Shown: positions 1-9,301 of the stretch, piece after piece
Position numbering within the stretch: position 1 is the stretch's first letter
How the letters are laid out: every line of letters starts with the position of its first letter
Origin: a virus
Lineage: Duplodnaviria > Caudoviricetes
Strand: one strand, 5' to 3'
Length of the DNA: 64,000 bases
IMG/VR virus record: IMGVR_UViG_3300035673_000002
Coordinates: 1 to 64,000 of that record
The notes under the pieces: generated by a model
What the model was told of the DNA's origin: nothing
Seen by the model: the letters and a program-made list of their open reading frames with translations, nothing else
Database searches by the model: none
Program-made: the position numbers and the translations under genes

Positions 1-1016
1 GCGGATACGTCGACGATGCTGAACTGTCTGCAGGCAACCCCGATGGCAAAGCCGGCACTCACTCCAATGGAAAAACCGCTTACCGTTATTGTCGCGTGAT
101 CTTCTGCGCGGAAAACTGTGCCGGTGGCCGAGAGCACAAATGGACAGTTCGATGGAGTACCAGCGTCGCCAACGAAGCTGAGTATCGGCATCGAGTTGTA
201 GCCGATGACATCGATGGTCTGATTGAAGGCGGCGTTGCACACCGCCTGTATCGTCGCTCCGATGCGAAAGGTCTGTACGATGCCGACGACGGTGTTGAAC
301 GTGGCGCAAGCCGAGGCCATGTCAAGGCAGTCCGCAACCAGCGCGCTATCGCTGCCGCCGGTCGCGGCCACGTAGATGGTGGGACTTGCGATGGATGTGA
401 TGAGAAGCGGCTGCTGCTGCCAGACTGAACCGATCACCTTGTAGGAGACTTGCATCCCCGGCAGAAGACGCTGAGCCGAGAGACCGCTCGGATTGATGGT
501 CTTGCCGCGCGTGGTGTCGGTGTTGGTGAATGTCAGCAGGCAATTCGCTGTGAAGCCGCTCGTCGCACCAACTGTGACGACGTAGAACGCCGCGCCGCCG
601 AGCGAGTTGACCGCACCGCAGTCAGTCCCGGATGCTGCGAACGCTCCGGTCCTGGCCACCACCGGGCTCGGCACCGGAAGCGCGCTGTTCTGCAGCTGGT
701 AGCTCGTGCCGTCGTAGACGATCGCGTAAATGCGGCCGCTGACGATCTCCCCGCCGCCGAGCGCAACGCCGTTGTTCACGACAGCCGTTGCGGGAAGCCC
801 CGTGATCGCGACCGTGGTGGGGCCGGTGTTGCTGGCCGAGGCCTTGAAGCGCAGAGGCACGCCGGGGGTGAGCGCGCTGTAATTCGGGATATTGATTGTG
901 ATCGCGTTGCCGGTGCCGCCGGGCGAACCATCATAGGTTCGCTGGTCGGGGAATTGCGAGTGTGCCGGCGATGCGGCGGTGCCGATGAGCGCGAGTGCGA
1001 GCAGTAGACGAAGCAT
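1..1016 (-). CDS. Tail-fibre/receptor-binding-like protein with N-terminal signal peptide; 3' end lies outside the window
   Basis: Read manually (absent from the ORF track because it has no stop). ATG at 1016 after a GGAGAGAG RBS; open to position 1; MLRLLLALALIGTAASPAHS/QFPDQRTY...; beta-rich; directly downstream of the baseplate and short-fibre genes. Confidence 0.8.
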   Translation of the reverse strand, partial: MLRLLLALALIGTAASPAHSQFPDQRTYDGSPGGTGNAITINIPNYSALTPGVPLRFKASASNTGPTTVAITGLPATAVVNNGVALGGGEIVSGRIYAIVYDGTSYQLQNSALPVPSPVVARTGAFAASGTDCGAVNSLGGAAFYVVTVGATSGFTANCLLTFTNTDTTRGKTINPSGLSAQRLLPGMQVSYKVIGSVWQQQPLLITSIASPTIYVAATGGSDSALVADCLDMASACATFNTVVGIVQTFRIGATIQAVCNAAFNQTIDVIGYNSMPILSFVGDAGTPSNCPFVLSATGTVFRAEDHATITVSGFSIGVSAGFAIGVACRQFSIVDVS

Positions 1017-1036
1017 GGCTGTTCTCTCTCCGATGA

Positions 1037-1765
1037 TCATGCCGCTGCCACGGACCAGCTTGCGGCGGCAGCATAAAATCTGAACCGGGCAACCATCCAA
1101 TCTTCGTTCATGACGTACGCCGTCCTGCCTCCGATCGTTGTGCCTGCTGATGGCACAACCGTGGCGGTGTTCGGCGCGCGGAGATTCCCCACGAGGTCGG
1201 CGATCTCGTACTCCTGGCCATTGATCGGCGCCGCGGTGAAGGCGAGGTTGATCGTCATCGGAGCGAGGCCCGAGGTGCGGTTGAGGCCTATCGCATAATC
1301 GGTGCCACTGTCGAGGTTGAGCGTCGCGCTCGATGTGACGACTCGGGTCGACTTACCGAAGGCATCGATCCAGCCGGCTCCGCCGGAGTCGGGGTTCGTG
1401 ACATTGTCGTCGACGGTGGACTTCCAGAATCGCCCGACGACTGTCGCCGAGGCCACCACGGCATTCTGCGGGTAGCCGCCGATCGCCGCCGAGAACGCCG
1501 AGTCCCATGGAACGGCGCCGCCCGCTCCCTGCCAGCGCGCCCATTGCGTGATCTGCTTAAACAGGCCATTCGCGTCCTGGCCGAATGGCGGCACGCCGCC
1601 GATGCCTTTGGCGGTGAAGTTGAGGGGCGGGCTCCCGTCGGTGAGCGACCAGGCGCCGTCCTGGATGCCGATCTGCGAGGAAACCGGTATCGGTCGAATG
1701 AAGCTGGGGCCCGCGGAGTTGGCGAACGGGATCGGAAACTTTGTCGGGATGTCCGAGAGCTTCAC
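1037..1765 (-). CDS. Short tail fibre / fibre adaptor
   Basis: Follows the DUF2612-like wedge gene; N-terminal IPFA...GVPPFGQDANG segment typical of baseplate-attached fibre proteins in this phage type. Confidence 0.7.
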   Translation of the reverse strand: MKLSDIPTKFPIPFANSAGPSFIRPIPVSSQIGIQDGAWSLTDGSPPLNFTAKGIGGVPPFGQDANGLFKQITQWARWQGAGGAVPWDSAFSAAIGGYPQNAVVASATVVGRFWKSTVDDNVTNPDSGGAGWIDAFGKSTRVVTSSATLNLDSGTDYAIGLNRTSGLAPMTINLAFTAAPINGQEYEIADLVGNLRAPNTATVVPSAGTTIGGRTAYVMNEDWMVARFRFYAAAASWSVAAA

Positions 1766-1778
1766 GGCCTGGTCCCTC

Positions 1779-2444
1779 TCATGCGTGCGGCGTGGTGGCG
1801 ATGTGAGCGAGCACGCCGCACGGCCTCGGCAGCACGCCCGACTGCTGGATGATGGCGAGCTCCAGCGGGGTCAGGATGAAGTTGAAAAAATAGGTAATCG
1901 TCATGTCGAGGCCGTCGATGACGTAGCAGTTTCCGCGGTTCGGGAAAAGGTTCAGCAGCAGTTGGTTGATGCCGGGGATCGATCCGTCGGAAATGTTGGA
2001 CAGCGCCTTGGCGAAGATCAGCACACGGAAGGCGTTGTCGGGCAGGCTAAAGTTGCTGGTAACGGTCGAGACGAACCATGGCTGCTGGTTCCAGCCCTCG
2101 GCGTCGCCGGCTTCCTCCCAGCCGAAGAACGAGCCGGTCGACGGCACCGAGAGCGTGCGACTCACTCCGACGATGCGTCCCCATATGTCGAGCCCGTATC
2201 CTTCCGCGGTGTCCACGTTCCAGATGAGATCAAAGAACGCGTCGAAGTTGGCGGTCTGGTCGAGGTAGCTATCCATGTCGGTGATCAGTTGCGTCAGCGC
2301 TGGGCTGTTCGCGTACTGGCTGATCACGGTGCTCCAGACGTCGAACGCCTCGATCGTGCCGATCGGCGAGATGCCGATGGCGAACGAGCCGATCGCATTT
2401 GAGCCTGGCGCGGGATCCGGGCGCGGATAGGGTGGGCCGGTCAT
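1779..2444 (-). CDS. Baseplate wedge protein (DUF2612-like)
   Basis: ISQYANSP...[16 protein letters not shown]...D..FRVLI..KA..NI motif; downstream of baseplate J. Confidence 0.85.
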   Translation of the reverse strand: MTGPPYPRPDPAPGSNAIGSFAIGISPIGTIEAFDVWSTVISQYANSPALTQLITDMDSYLDQTANFDAFFDLIWNVDTAEGYGLDIWGRIVGVSRTLSVPSTGSFFGWEEAGDAEGWNQQPWFVSTVTSNFSLPDNAFRVLIFAKALSNISDGSIPGINQLLLNLFPNRGNCYVIDGLDMTITYFFNFILTPLELAIIQQSGVLPRPCGVLAHIATTPHA

Positions 2445-3871
2445 ACCAGGGTGACCGCGATATTCGCCGGCGCGATCGTCGGCTCCTGGTCCATGTTGAC
2501 GCTGACGGAATCGAGCGTTGCGGTGGCTGTCTTCATCGCCTCGCTGCCGACCGTCTGCGTATTGCTCACGGTGTAGGTTCCGGCGCCGCCGGCTGGGCCG
2601 GTAAGTTGCGCGAGAATTTTCGTTCCGACCACCACGAGGCCGGTCGTATCGGACAGAGTCTGGCCGACCGCGATCGTTCCGGAGACGGACGATGCCGTCA
2701 GCGTGGTTCCGGCGATCGCTCCGGTGAATGATGCGGCGGCGGTATTGGTCGAACCGACTTTGATCGAGACGATCTGCGCCCAGGAGCCCAGCTTGGCCAC
2801 GGGCGGATAGTAGCGGCTGGCCGCGATGGTGGATGCGATGCGCGCTCGAGCTCCGCCGTCAGCGCCGGCGAAGGCGGCGATAATTGCATTCTGGATTTGC
2901 GTGGTGGCGTCGGAGGGAACGAGCGTGCTGTTGGTGATGGAGATGGCGAACAGGATCGCGAGCGAGGCGGGCCGTTCAAAGGTCACGTTGTAGCTCGGGA
3001 ACGGCGGCGAATATTTTGGGTTCTGGTCGAGCACCGCGACTGTCGTGTTGCCGTTGTAGGAGCAGCCGGGGTTTTTTCTGGACCAGATGGCCTGGGCGAT
3101 ATTGGCGTCGGTGCCTCCCACAGCCGAGACGTAGAGCGAGTTTGCGGCCACGACCACGCCGCGGAATGTGACGGGCGCGTTGTTGCCGTTGTCGAAAGCG
3201 AAGGCATCGACGACGTTCGGGACGTCGAACACCGCGCCCACGATCGAAGGCAGCGAGCCTCGCGAATTGAGGGCAACCGAGGCGGCGCGTCTTGCTTCGA
3301 AGTCGGCTCGGCTTTCGGTGTTGTTGCCGATCTGGCCGTCGGTCGGATTCGTGATGCTGTCCCAGCCATTGATCGACTGGTAAATCTGATTGAGCGTTCC
3401 AGCCGGGCATGCGATCGGCCCGTCGAGCACGCATGCAAATGGGAGCGTCACGGTGCCGCCGACCGGGATCGTGCCATCGATCGTGTTGACGTAGCGGTTG
3501 CCGTCTGTGGCGATCGCGATCGCGCCGGCGGGAATGACGACGCCCGTGAGGCCCGTGCACGCGGCCTGCACCAGCGTCGGCCTCGAGGGCAGGCGGGAGA
3601 GGAAATAAATGCGGGCGATGCCGTCTTGCATGCGGCCATCCGCAAACGCCGGATCGACGCCGTTGGCGAGCTTGGCGAAGTTGTCGTTCGCGTTGCCGAT
3701 GATCGCCGTGGTGCTGGTCGCCAGCTGACCCTGCGGCGTCTCGAGGCTCGGGTTGAGGTTGCCGCCGAAGGCTACGAGCTGGTCGGCCTGTACGCCGGCG
3801 AGGACCGCCGATTCCGCCGGGGCGACGAAGCCGTTCAGACCGAATGTGGGTGCGGGGACGTTTGTGGTCAT
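2441..3871 (-). CDS. Baseplate J/gp47-like protein with inserted C-terminal beta module
   Basis: [25 protein letters not shown] motifs; position in the baseplate cluster. Confidence 0.9.
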   Translation of the reverse strand: MTTNVPAPTFGLNGFVAPAESAVLAGVQADQLVAFGGNLNPSLETPQGQLATSTTAIIGNANDNFAKLANGVDPAFADGRMQDGIARIYFLSRLPSRPTLVQAACTGLTGVVIPAGAIAIATDGNRYVNTIDGTIPVGGTVTLPFACVLDGPIACPAGTLNQIYQSINGWDSITNPTDGQIGNNTESRADFEARRAASVALNSRGSLPSIVGAVFDVPNVVDAFAFDNGNNAPVTFRGVVVAANSLYVSAVGGTDANIAQAIWSRKNPGCSYNGNTTVAVLDQNPKYSPPFPSYNVTFERPASLAILFAISITNSTLVPSDATTQIQNAIIAAFAGADGGARARIASTIAASRYYPPVAKLGSWAQIVSIKVGSTNTAAASFTGAIAGTTLTASSVSGTIAVGQTLSDTTGLVVVGTKILAQLTGPAGGAGTYTVSNTQTVGSEAMKTATATLDSVSVNMDQEPTIAPANIAVTLV

Positions 3872-4221
3872 CAGAATGCCGCCGCTGCTGTTCGCCCGCT
3901 CTTGTCCGTCACCTGCACCTGGCCGGCCACCTTACGCTCGGATATCGCCGAGATGAAGCATTTCGCAGAGACCACCTCGGGAACCGTCAGTGCCGCGTCA
4001 TTGAAGCGGGACTTGAGCAACGCGAGCGGCGGGGTGGCACCGAGGATCGTTCCGAAGTAAACGACGCCCTTCGTGGTGTCGTAGTAGAGCTCGCTCCGAA
4101 AAAGCTTTATGGCGCTGGCCGCGTCCTGCCCGAGCGCATAAGGGTTGGAGGCGACCGCGATGTTGCCGTTGATGTCGAGCACCAGGTCCCAGGCGCTCAC
4201 GTCGAGCAGCAGCGTTCTCAT
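3871..4221 (-). CDS. Baseplate wedge subunit (gp25/W-like)
   Basis: WDLVLD..GNIA...[14 protein letters not shown] motif; lies between spike and J. Confidence 0.8.
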   Translation of the reverse strand: MRTLLLDVSAWDLVLDINGNIAVASNPYALGQDAASAIKLFRSELYYDTTKGVVYFGTILGATPPLALLKSRFNDAALTVPEVVSAKCFISAISERKVAGQVQVTDKSGRTAAAAF

Positions 4222-4234
4222 GCGGCCTCCGTTT

Positions 4235-4897
4235 TCATGTTCCAGGCGTCGGCGATGAGGGCGGCCCGGTGGCCGCGGTAGGATGGTTGTGCGTCTGCAG
4301 ATTGACCTGGTCGCCGGTTCCGAAGCCGGCCACCACAGCGCCGTTGACCCGGAAGGCGAGCGTCGTGACGTCGATCGAGCCAGCCTTCATCTCGATCGCA
4401 TTACCGCTGCGGTCCGAGAGCTTGATCCCCGTCGCGGTCATCGAAACGTACTGCGTCGGCGCTCCGCCGAATAGGCCGCCCATGTAGACGCCGTCGGCGA
4501 GGTCGAACCGCCGGCGGGAGCCCGGGTTCGAGCGCTTGCCGGCGGTGGACTTGACGGCGGAAATGTCGCGATCGGCGACCGCCATCCAGCCGACGTCGTT
4601 TACGGCCGGGTCGCAGACGACCGAGCCGTTGGCGCCCTGGAGCCGAAACACCGGCACGTTGTTGATCGGGCCATGCTCGGTGGCGTTGCCTTTGCCGTCT
4701 ATCTGGTTGACCAGCACCTGGACCGAGACGATGGGAGGCGCCGCGATGCCGCCTCCGGTGATGGAGAGCACGCGCACGATCTGCATCGTGCGGACGCGGC
4801 TGAGTATCTGCGCGACCTGGAATTCGTGCACGGACCAGTCCGAAGCGGCGTCGCTCGGATCGAATTGGCCATAACCGAATGATCCGGCGTCGGTCAT
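4235..4897 (-). CDS. Baseplate central spike (gpV/Gp138-like)
   Basis: OB-fold-like N-terminus (VPVFRLQG, D.G....ADRDIS); C-terminal THNH metal-binding tip motif. Confidence 0.85.
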   Translation of the reverse strand: MTDAGSFGYGQFDPSDAASDWSVHEFQVAQILSRVRTMQIVRVLSITGGGIAAPPIVSVQVLVNQIDGKGNATEHGPINNVPVFRLQGANGSVVCDPAVNDVGWMAVADRDISAVKSTAGKRSNPGSRRRFDLADGVYMGGLFGGAPTQYVSMTATGIKLSDRSGNAIEMKAGSIDVTTLAFRVNGAVVAGFGTGDQVNLQTHNHPTAATGPPSSPTPGT

Positions 4898-5769
4898 TGT
4901 GCGAGCACCGGCTGTGGCGATTTCGGGTTGTAGGCGCCGATGGTCGAGAACCAGGCGCCGTTCGGCATCATGCTCTCGAGCTCGTGGTCGATGGCATAGA
5001 TCGCCCAGGTGCCCTTTGCCGGTGCAAGCGAACTATCGACCTGGATCTGCCCACCGAAGTTGATCGACTTGTTGAACAGCGTTCGGAGCATGATCCCGAC
5101 GGCCGTATACGTGGGATACCCGATCATGCCGGTCGCCGGCGAGACGAGCGGGATGGCGCCACCTCGTGATCCGTTGCGTGGCCAGATGGCGAGTTTGCCG
5201 TTGTCAATCGCCCACATGAAGCCGCCGGCCTCGGCGCAGGCCCTGGCCTGGTCGACCAGCGAACCCGGGAGGTACGGGTTTGAAAGCTGGCCGCTCACGC
5301 CGCTGTTCTCAAAGGTCAGTTGCATCTTGGCCGCGAGCCCGCTCATGATCGTGACCACGTCGGCCGCTCCATTGAAGCTCGCCGGCGGCGTTGGGATCAC
5401 GGCCTCTGCAGCGCCGGCCTGGGCCGAGACATCAAAGGCCACCTCCGGCATGCCCTGAAAATCGATCCACGCCATCGTCACGGTGCCGACGAAGATGATG
5501 CCCATGCCCGTGTCTGCGTCGCCGGCGCTGATCGTCACGGTATTGCGCGCCAGAAGGTTGATCTGGACGCCGAGCGTCGAGAGCTTGTTCATCAGGCTCA
5601 GCGTCATGCCGTAGATGCGCAGGTGCGCCTGCATCGCGGTCGTGCCAGCCTTGGCGATTTGGGCCGTCGTTCGCAGGCCGCTGACCGTGACGACGTCCGA
5701 GCCCGATTCGGTGAAGTTGCCGGTTGCGAGCTTGAACGAAATGTCAATGAGCCGCTCGACGAGCGCCAT
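4894..5769 (-). CDS. Baseplate hub protein
   Basis: Position; L.IYGMT, TGMIGYPT, LFN..I.FGG motifs. Confidence 0.8.
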   Translation of the reverse strand: MALVERLIDISFKLATGNFTESGSDVVTVSGLRTTAQIAKAGTTAMQAHLRIYGMTLSLMNKLSTLGVQINLLARNTVTISAGDADTGMGIIFVGTVTMAWIDFQGMPEVAFDVSAQAGAAEAVIPTPPASFNGAADVVTIMSGLAAKMQLTFENSGVSGQLSNPYLPGSLVDQARACAEAGGFMWAIDNGKLAIWPRNGSRGGAIPLVSPATGMIGYPTYTAVGIMLRTLFNKSINFGGQIQVDSSLAPAKGTWAIYAIDHELESMMPNGAWFSTIGAYNPKSPQPVLAQ

Positions 5770-5772
5770 CGC

Positions 5773-6090
5773 TCATGCTCCCTCGATAAGGAGGAGGTCC
5801 GCCACCTCGAGGTACGCGAGCGAAAACCTGACGCCGAGGCCGGTGAACACGGGATCCTCCCTGCCTTCGTTGTCGAGAAAGCAGAGGTCGCCGATGAAAC
5901 CGAAATACGCGTCGCGCACGATGCGGTTGCGGTCCTGGCAGATCACGCCGCCGATGAGGAGAGCGCCGCTCTTATAGAGGTCGAGGTACATGCCGGTCGA
6001 TTTCTGCCGCACGGTGATGCGGCAGCTCTGCTGGACGAGGATCACCTCGACGGTCTGCGCCGGGACGGCCGTGAGCGGAATGATGAGCAT
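5773..6090 (-). CDS. Small baseplate protein (plug-like)
   Basis: 105 aa, IPL.AVPAQT...F.GDL.F.D..G..DP...GLG.RF.L.Y; conserved position before the hub. Confidence 0.75.
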   Translation of the reverse strand: MLIIPLTAVPAQTVEVILVQQSCRITVRQKSTGMYLDLYKSGALLIGGVICQDRNRIVRDAYFGFIGDLCFLDNEGREDPVFTGLGVRFSLAYLEVADLLLIEGA

Positions 6091-6695
6091 CAGTTGATCT
6101 CACCCGCCGCGGGGGCGGCCGCCTGTGGCGCGGTCGGAGGCTGGGGCTGCACGTTGCCTCCCTCGATCGCGTTCGCTCCGCTCGCTGCCTTCGTGCTCGT
6201 GAATGCCGGCGCGGTGGCGACGCGCATCTGCAGGCAGAATATATCGACCACGAGCAGGCCTGTGCCGCGCTCGGCGGTGCGGTGATAGTCGACGTGCGTG
6301 ATGTTGATGTTCGGAAAAACCGCCTCCGGTGTCACGCCGTCGAAGAGGTCGAGCGAGCCATCGATCGCCTGGATGGACGCGAGCAGCGCCTGGCGCCCGA
6401 ACAAGGATCCTCCGGCCGAAAACCGAAAGCGCAGATTGAAGGGGGCGCGGACCTTGTTGTAGCTCTCGAAAGCGCCGGCCTCGAGCGGGTAGTCCGCGAC
6501 GGCGAAGTCCTGCCGGTAGTCGAACGCCACGACGTTGTCCGCGACCACTACCGGGAAGTCGTCTTGGAAGATGCCCCACCGCGGCGCGAAAAAGCTGCCG
6601 AAGAACGAGATGGCATCCTGTAGCAACAGCGCCGGCACTGTCTTGGAGAAGCTCGCGAGCGGCGGGACGCCTGGCACTTGCGGGACATTTGGCAT
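6090..6695 (-). CDS. Tail tube initiator / Dit-like baseplate protein
   Basis: YPLEAGAF.SYNKV..P motif; immediately after the tape measure gene. Confidence 0.75.
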   Translation of the reverse strand: MPNVPQVPGVPPLASFSKTVPALLLQDAISFFGSFFAPRWGIFQDDFPVVVADNVVAFDYRQDFAVADYPLEAGAFESYNKVRAPFNLRFRFSAGGSLFGRQALLASIQAIDGSLDLFDGVTPEAVFPNINITHVDYHRTAERGTGLLVVDIFCLQMRVATAPAFTSTKAASGANAIEGGNVQPQPPTAPQAAAPAAGEIN

Positions 6696-8251
6696 CAGGC
6701 CGGTCCTGAATTGGAAAGCAGTGCGAAGCGCGTTCGCTCGATCGCGGGCTTGATGTCGCGCGCGATCCGCTCGGCATCGGCGGCCTGCGTCTGCACCGTG
6801 AGTTGCGCGATGTTCACCTCGCTGCGCGCTGACGATTGGCGGTTGTCCACATTGCCGGCGGCGGCCGCAGCTGGTGCTCCCGCCTGGCTGGGCAGGCCTG
6901 CCGGCGATCCTCCGGCGCCTCCGCCGCCACTTTCCTGGAAGCGCCTGGCGGCCTCTGGACTGTTGAACTGGACGTGAAGATGGCCGCCGGTCGAGCCGCG
7001 CGATGGGGTCTTGTATTCATCGATCACGGTCGCGTCGACGCCCATCGCGCGCAGTTTGACGCGCAGGTCCCTGGCGATCGCCTCGGATTGCCTGGGATCA
7101 TTGAGCGTGAAATCCAGCGCGCGGCCCTGCGGGTGGGCGCCGGCGCCGAGAAACGCGTGGTAGACGTCATTGAACGCGGTGAACTGCTTAATGCCTGGCA
7201 CCTGGGTCTGGATGTCCTCGGCGAGCTTCTGGATGCTCGGCGATGCCGTGCCGGCGCCGGGCTTCACGCTACTCTCGCCCAGCGACTTGAGCAGCGGTCC
7301 GACGACGGGGACGTCTTCGGGGGCGCCGAAGCGTCGACGCAGGCTCTCGGTCGATCCCTCGCCGCCCTTGAACTTGCCGAGGATGCGGCCGAGCCAGCTG
7401 TCCGGGTTGACGAACACGCCGCGGCTAAATTGCGTAAAGGCCTTTGTCCAGGTGTCGAGCAGCCCCACGAGCGCGGGCGTGAGAATGTTCGTGATGACGT
7501 TGCCGAGGTTGGTGCCGGCCTGGATCATGGCATTCCAGGCCTTGAGCAGCGGCTCGGCTTCGTCGGCCTGCTTTTGGGAAACGACGCCGAGGCGCTCGGC
7601 CTCGGCGATGAAGCTGCGCGTCTTGTCGATGCCCTGGACCATCAGGTTGATCGTGCCGGGGTCCAGCCCGAGCAGGCGCCCGAACCAGTTGGCGCGCACG
7701 ATCCCGCTTTTCTCCGCGACCTTGGAGAGGTTCTCGGCGATCGTCAGGAACTGCGTTGTGATCGGCTTGGTCTTGTCGATCGCCTTGCCGCCTTCGCTGG
7801 CCAGCCGATCGAGCATGGCGACGAAGTTTACGTCTCCGAGGCCGGCCTGGTAGGCCTGCAGCGCATCCGAATAGGTCTGGATCGATTGCGCCACGCCATC
7901 AGCCGTGCCGCCGGCGAGCTCCACCGCCTTCTGCCACTTCGACACCTCTGGCACCGCCACGCCGAAGTTGCGGGAGAGGCGCGCGAGGGCTGCGTTGTTC
8001 TCGGTGATGTAGCCGGCGAATTGCGAGATCCCGCGACCGCCGAGCATGATGCCGATGAGGCCGAGGGCTCGCCGCTGGAGCACGCTAAAAAACTCCGCGG
8101 CTACCTCGCCGGCGCTCTGGATTTTTTTCGCGGCGTCGAGCGCCTCCTGCTGGGTCTTGCGGAACGCAACGACAGCATCCTTCTGGCCCTGAGTGAACTT
8201 CTTAGGGTCCAGTCCGAGTTCAACGACGAAGGCATCGATTACGGTTGCCAT
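6695..8251 (-). CDS. Tape measure protein with C-terminal M15-type zinc peptidase domain
   Basis: MATVIDA.VVELGLD start and helical body; HPQGRALD (H-x6-D) plus HLH zinc-ligand motifs. Confidence 0.85.
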   Translation of the reverse strand: MATVIDAFVVELGLDPKKFTQGQKDAVVAFRKTQQEALDAAKKIQSAGEVAAEFFSVLQRRALGLIGIMLGGRGISQFAGYITENNAALARLSRNFGVAVPEVSKWQKAVELAGGTADGVAQSIQTYSDALQAYQAGLGDVNFVAMLDRLASEGGKAIDKTKPITTQFLTIAENLSKVAEKSGIVRANWFGRLLGLDPGTINLMVQGIDKTRSFIAEAERLGVVSQKQADEAEPLLKAWNAMIQAGTNLGNVITNILTPALVGLLDTWTKAFTQFSRGVFVNPDSWLGRILGKFKGGEGSTESLRRRFGAPEDVPVVGPLLKSLGESSVKPGAGTASPSIQKLAEDIQTQVPGIKQFTAFNDVYHAFLGAGAHPQGRALDFTLNDPRQSEAIARDLRVKLRAMGVDATVIDEYKTPSRGSTGGHLHVQFNSPEAARRFQESGGGGAGGSPAGLPSQAGAPAAAAAGNVDNRQSSARSEVNIAQLTVQTQAADAERIARDIKPAIERTRFALLSNSGPA

Positions 8252-8496
8252 CAGCCCTCGCTCGTGTGGCGCTTCGCCAGGATGTGGCGGTTGTGCGCGT
8301 CGATCATCGATATCTCGAGGAGGTCGTATGCGTCCTCGATCGAGAGCGCGGTATCGAGCAGGTGCAGCGTCCCTGCCTTGTCCGCGCTCAGCGCGATCAC
8401 GGCGCCGATTACGCGGGGGGTGTTTCGGTACTCAAGGAGCCCGCCGACGTCGACTCCGAGTTCAACCTCGAGAGGGCGTCGGCGATTGAAAAACCC
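8251..8496 (-). CDS. Tail assembly chaperone -1 frameshift extension (gpGT-like)
   Basis: Open -1 frame after the slippery site, with no start codon of its own; ends ...SIEDAYDLLEISMIDAHN..., coupled to the tape measure start. Confidence 0.75.
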   Translation of the reverse strand, partial: GFFNRRRPLEVELGVDVGGLLEYRNTPRVIGAVIALSADKAGTLHLLDTALSIEDAYDLLEISMIDAHNRHILAKRHTSEG

Positions 8497-8876
8497 GTGT
8501 GCAGCGTGAACCACTCCTTGCGCAGCTGAACGCGGGTCGCGACTTCCTCGATGTCGCTCTCGTTGAGCGGCCGCGGCGGGATATCGGGGTGCTGCCGGTC
8601 GATGGCACGGTACTGGACGCACGCCATCATTTCGTCCATCAGCGGCTCGGCCTCCGGGAACTTGATGCCGCCGAGCATCTGCAGGCCGAGGCGTGCGATG
8701 CCGGCGATGCCTGCCTGCGCCACATCCTCGGGGATATAGACGCCCGAGCTCGCCAGGGCGAGCAGCGCGCGCGCGGCCCACTTCTCCAGCTGCGTCGCCG
8801 GCATTTCGGTGATCAAATAGACGCGGCCTTTGTCGCGTCCCTCCGCGCTGATCGTTACCTCGAGCGTCTTCCGCAT
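8409..8876 (-). CDS. Tail assembly chaperone (gpG-like)
   Basis: ATG overlaps the tube stop (TGATG); GRDKG..Y.ITEM.A...E.WA.RA motif; lies between tube and tape measure. Confidence 0.85.
   Translation of the reverse strand: MRKTLEVTISAEGRDKGRVYLITEMPATQLEKWAARALLALASSGVYIPEDVAQAGIAGIARLGLQMLGGIKFPEAEPLMDEMMACVQYRAIDRQHPDIPPRPLNESDIEEVATRVQLRKEWFTLHTGFSIADALSRLNSESTSAGSLSTETPPA
8490..8496 (-). other. Programmed -1 frameshift heptamer G GGT TTT
   Basis: X XXY YYZ in the chaperone reading frame (ACG GGT TTT TCA); the -1 frame reads GGG TTT TTC AAT and stays open to 8251. Confidence 0.8.
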
Positions 8877-9271
8877 CAGGCCACCGCCGGCTGGACCGAT
8901 TCCCACGTGATGCTGAAGGTCTGCGGCTGCAGGAGCTTCTTGGCATCTGGCAGCGGCTTATAGCCGTTTAGGAAGCCCCTGGTCATCGTGAACTTCTTGC
9001 CGATCGCCGTGAGCAGGATGACGCCGTTGGCGGGGAAAAGATCGCGCACGGCCTGCTGGGCATTGAACCAGACATCGAAAATATTCGGGATCGATGGCGA
9101 GTCCGCCTGGAGTTTGTAGTTCTGCTTGACGGCGACGGCCACCCAGCCGGCCGAGAGCTTGCCGTCGACGCCCATCAAGAATTCGGCCGACTCGATCGGG
9201 TCGGTGTCGTAGACGTCGTCGGCCGCGAAGCCCTGGAGTTGGAGCGGCTTCGCACCGGTGATGCTCGGCAT
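8876..9271 (-). CDS. Tail tube protein
   Basis: LQGFAADD...MGVDG.LSAG...LQADSPS...FSITWE motif; follows the sheath gene. Confidence 0.85.
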   Translation of the reverse strand: MPSITGAKPLQLQGFAADDVYDTDPIESAEFLMGVDGKLSAGWVAVAVKQNYKLQADSPSIPNIFDVWFNAQQAVRDLFPANGVILLTAIGKKFTMTRGFLNGYKPLPDAKKLLQPQTFSITWESVQPAVA

Positions 9272-9301
9272 GGTTTTAACCTCCGGGAAAGTGGGCCTCG
9301 G

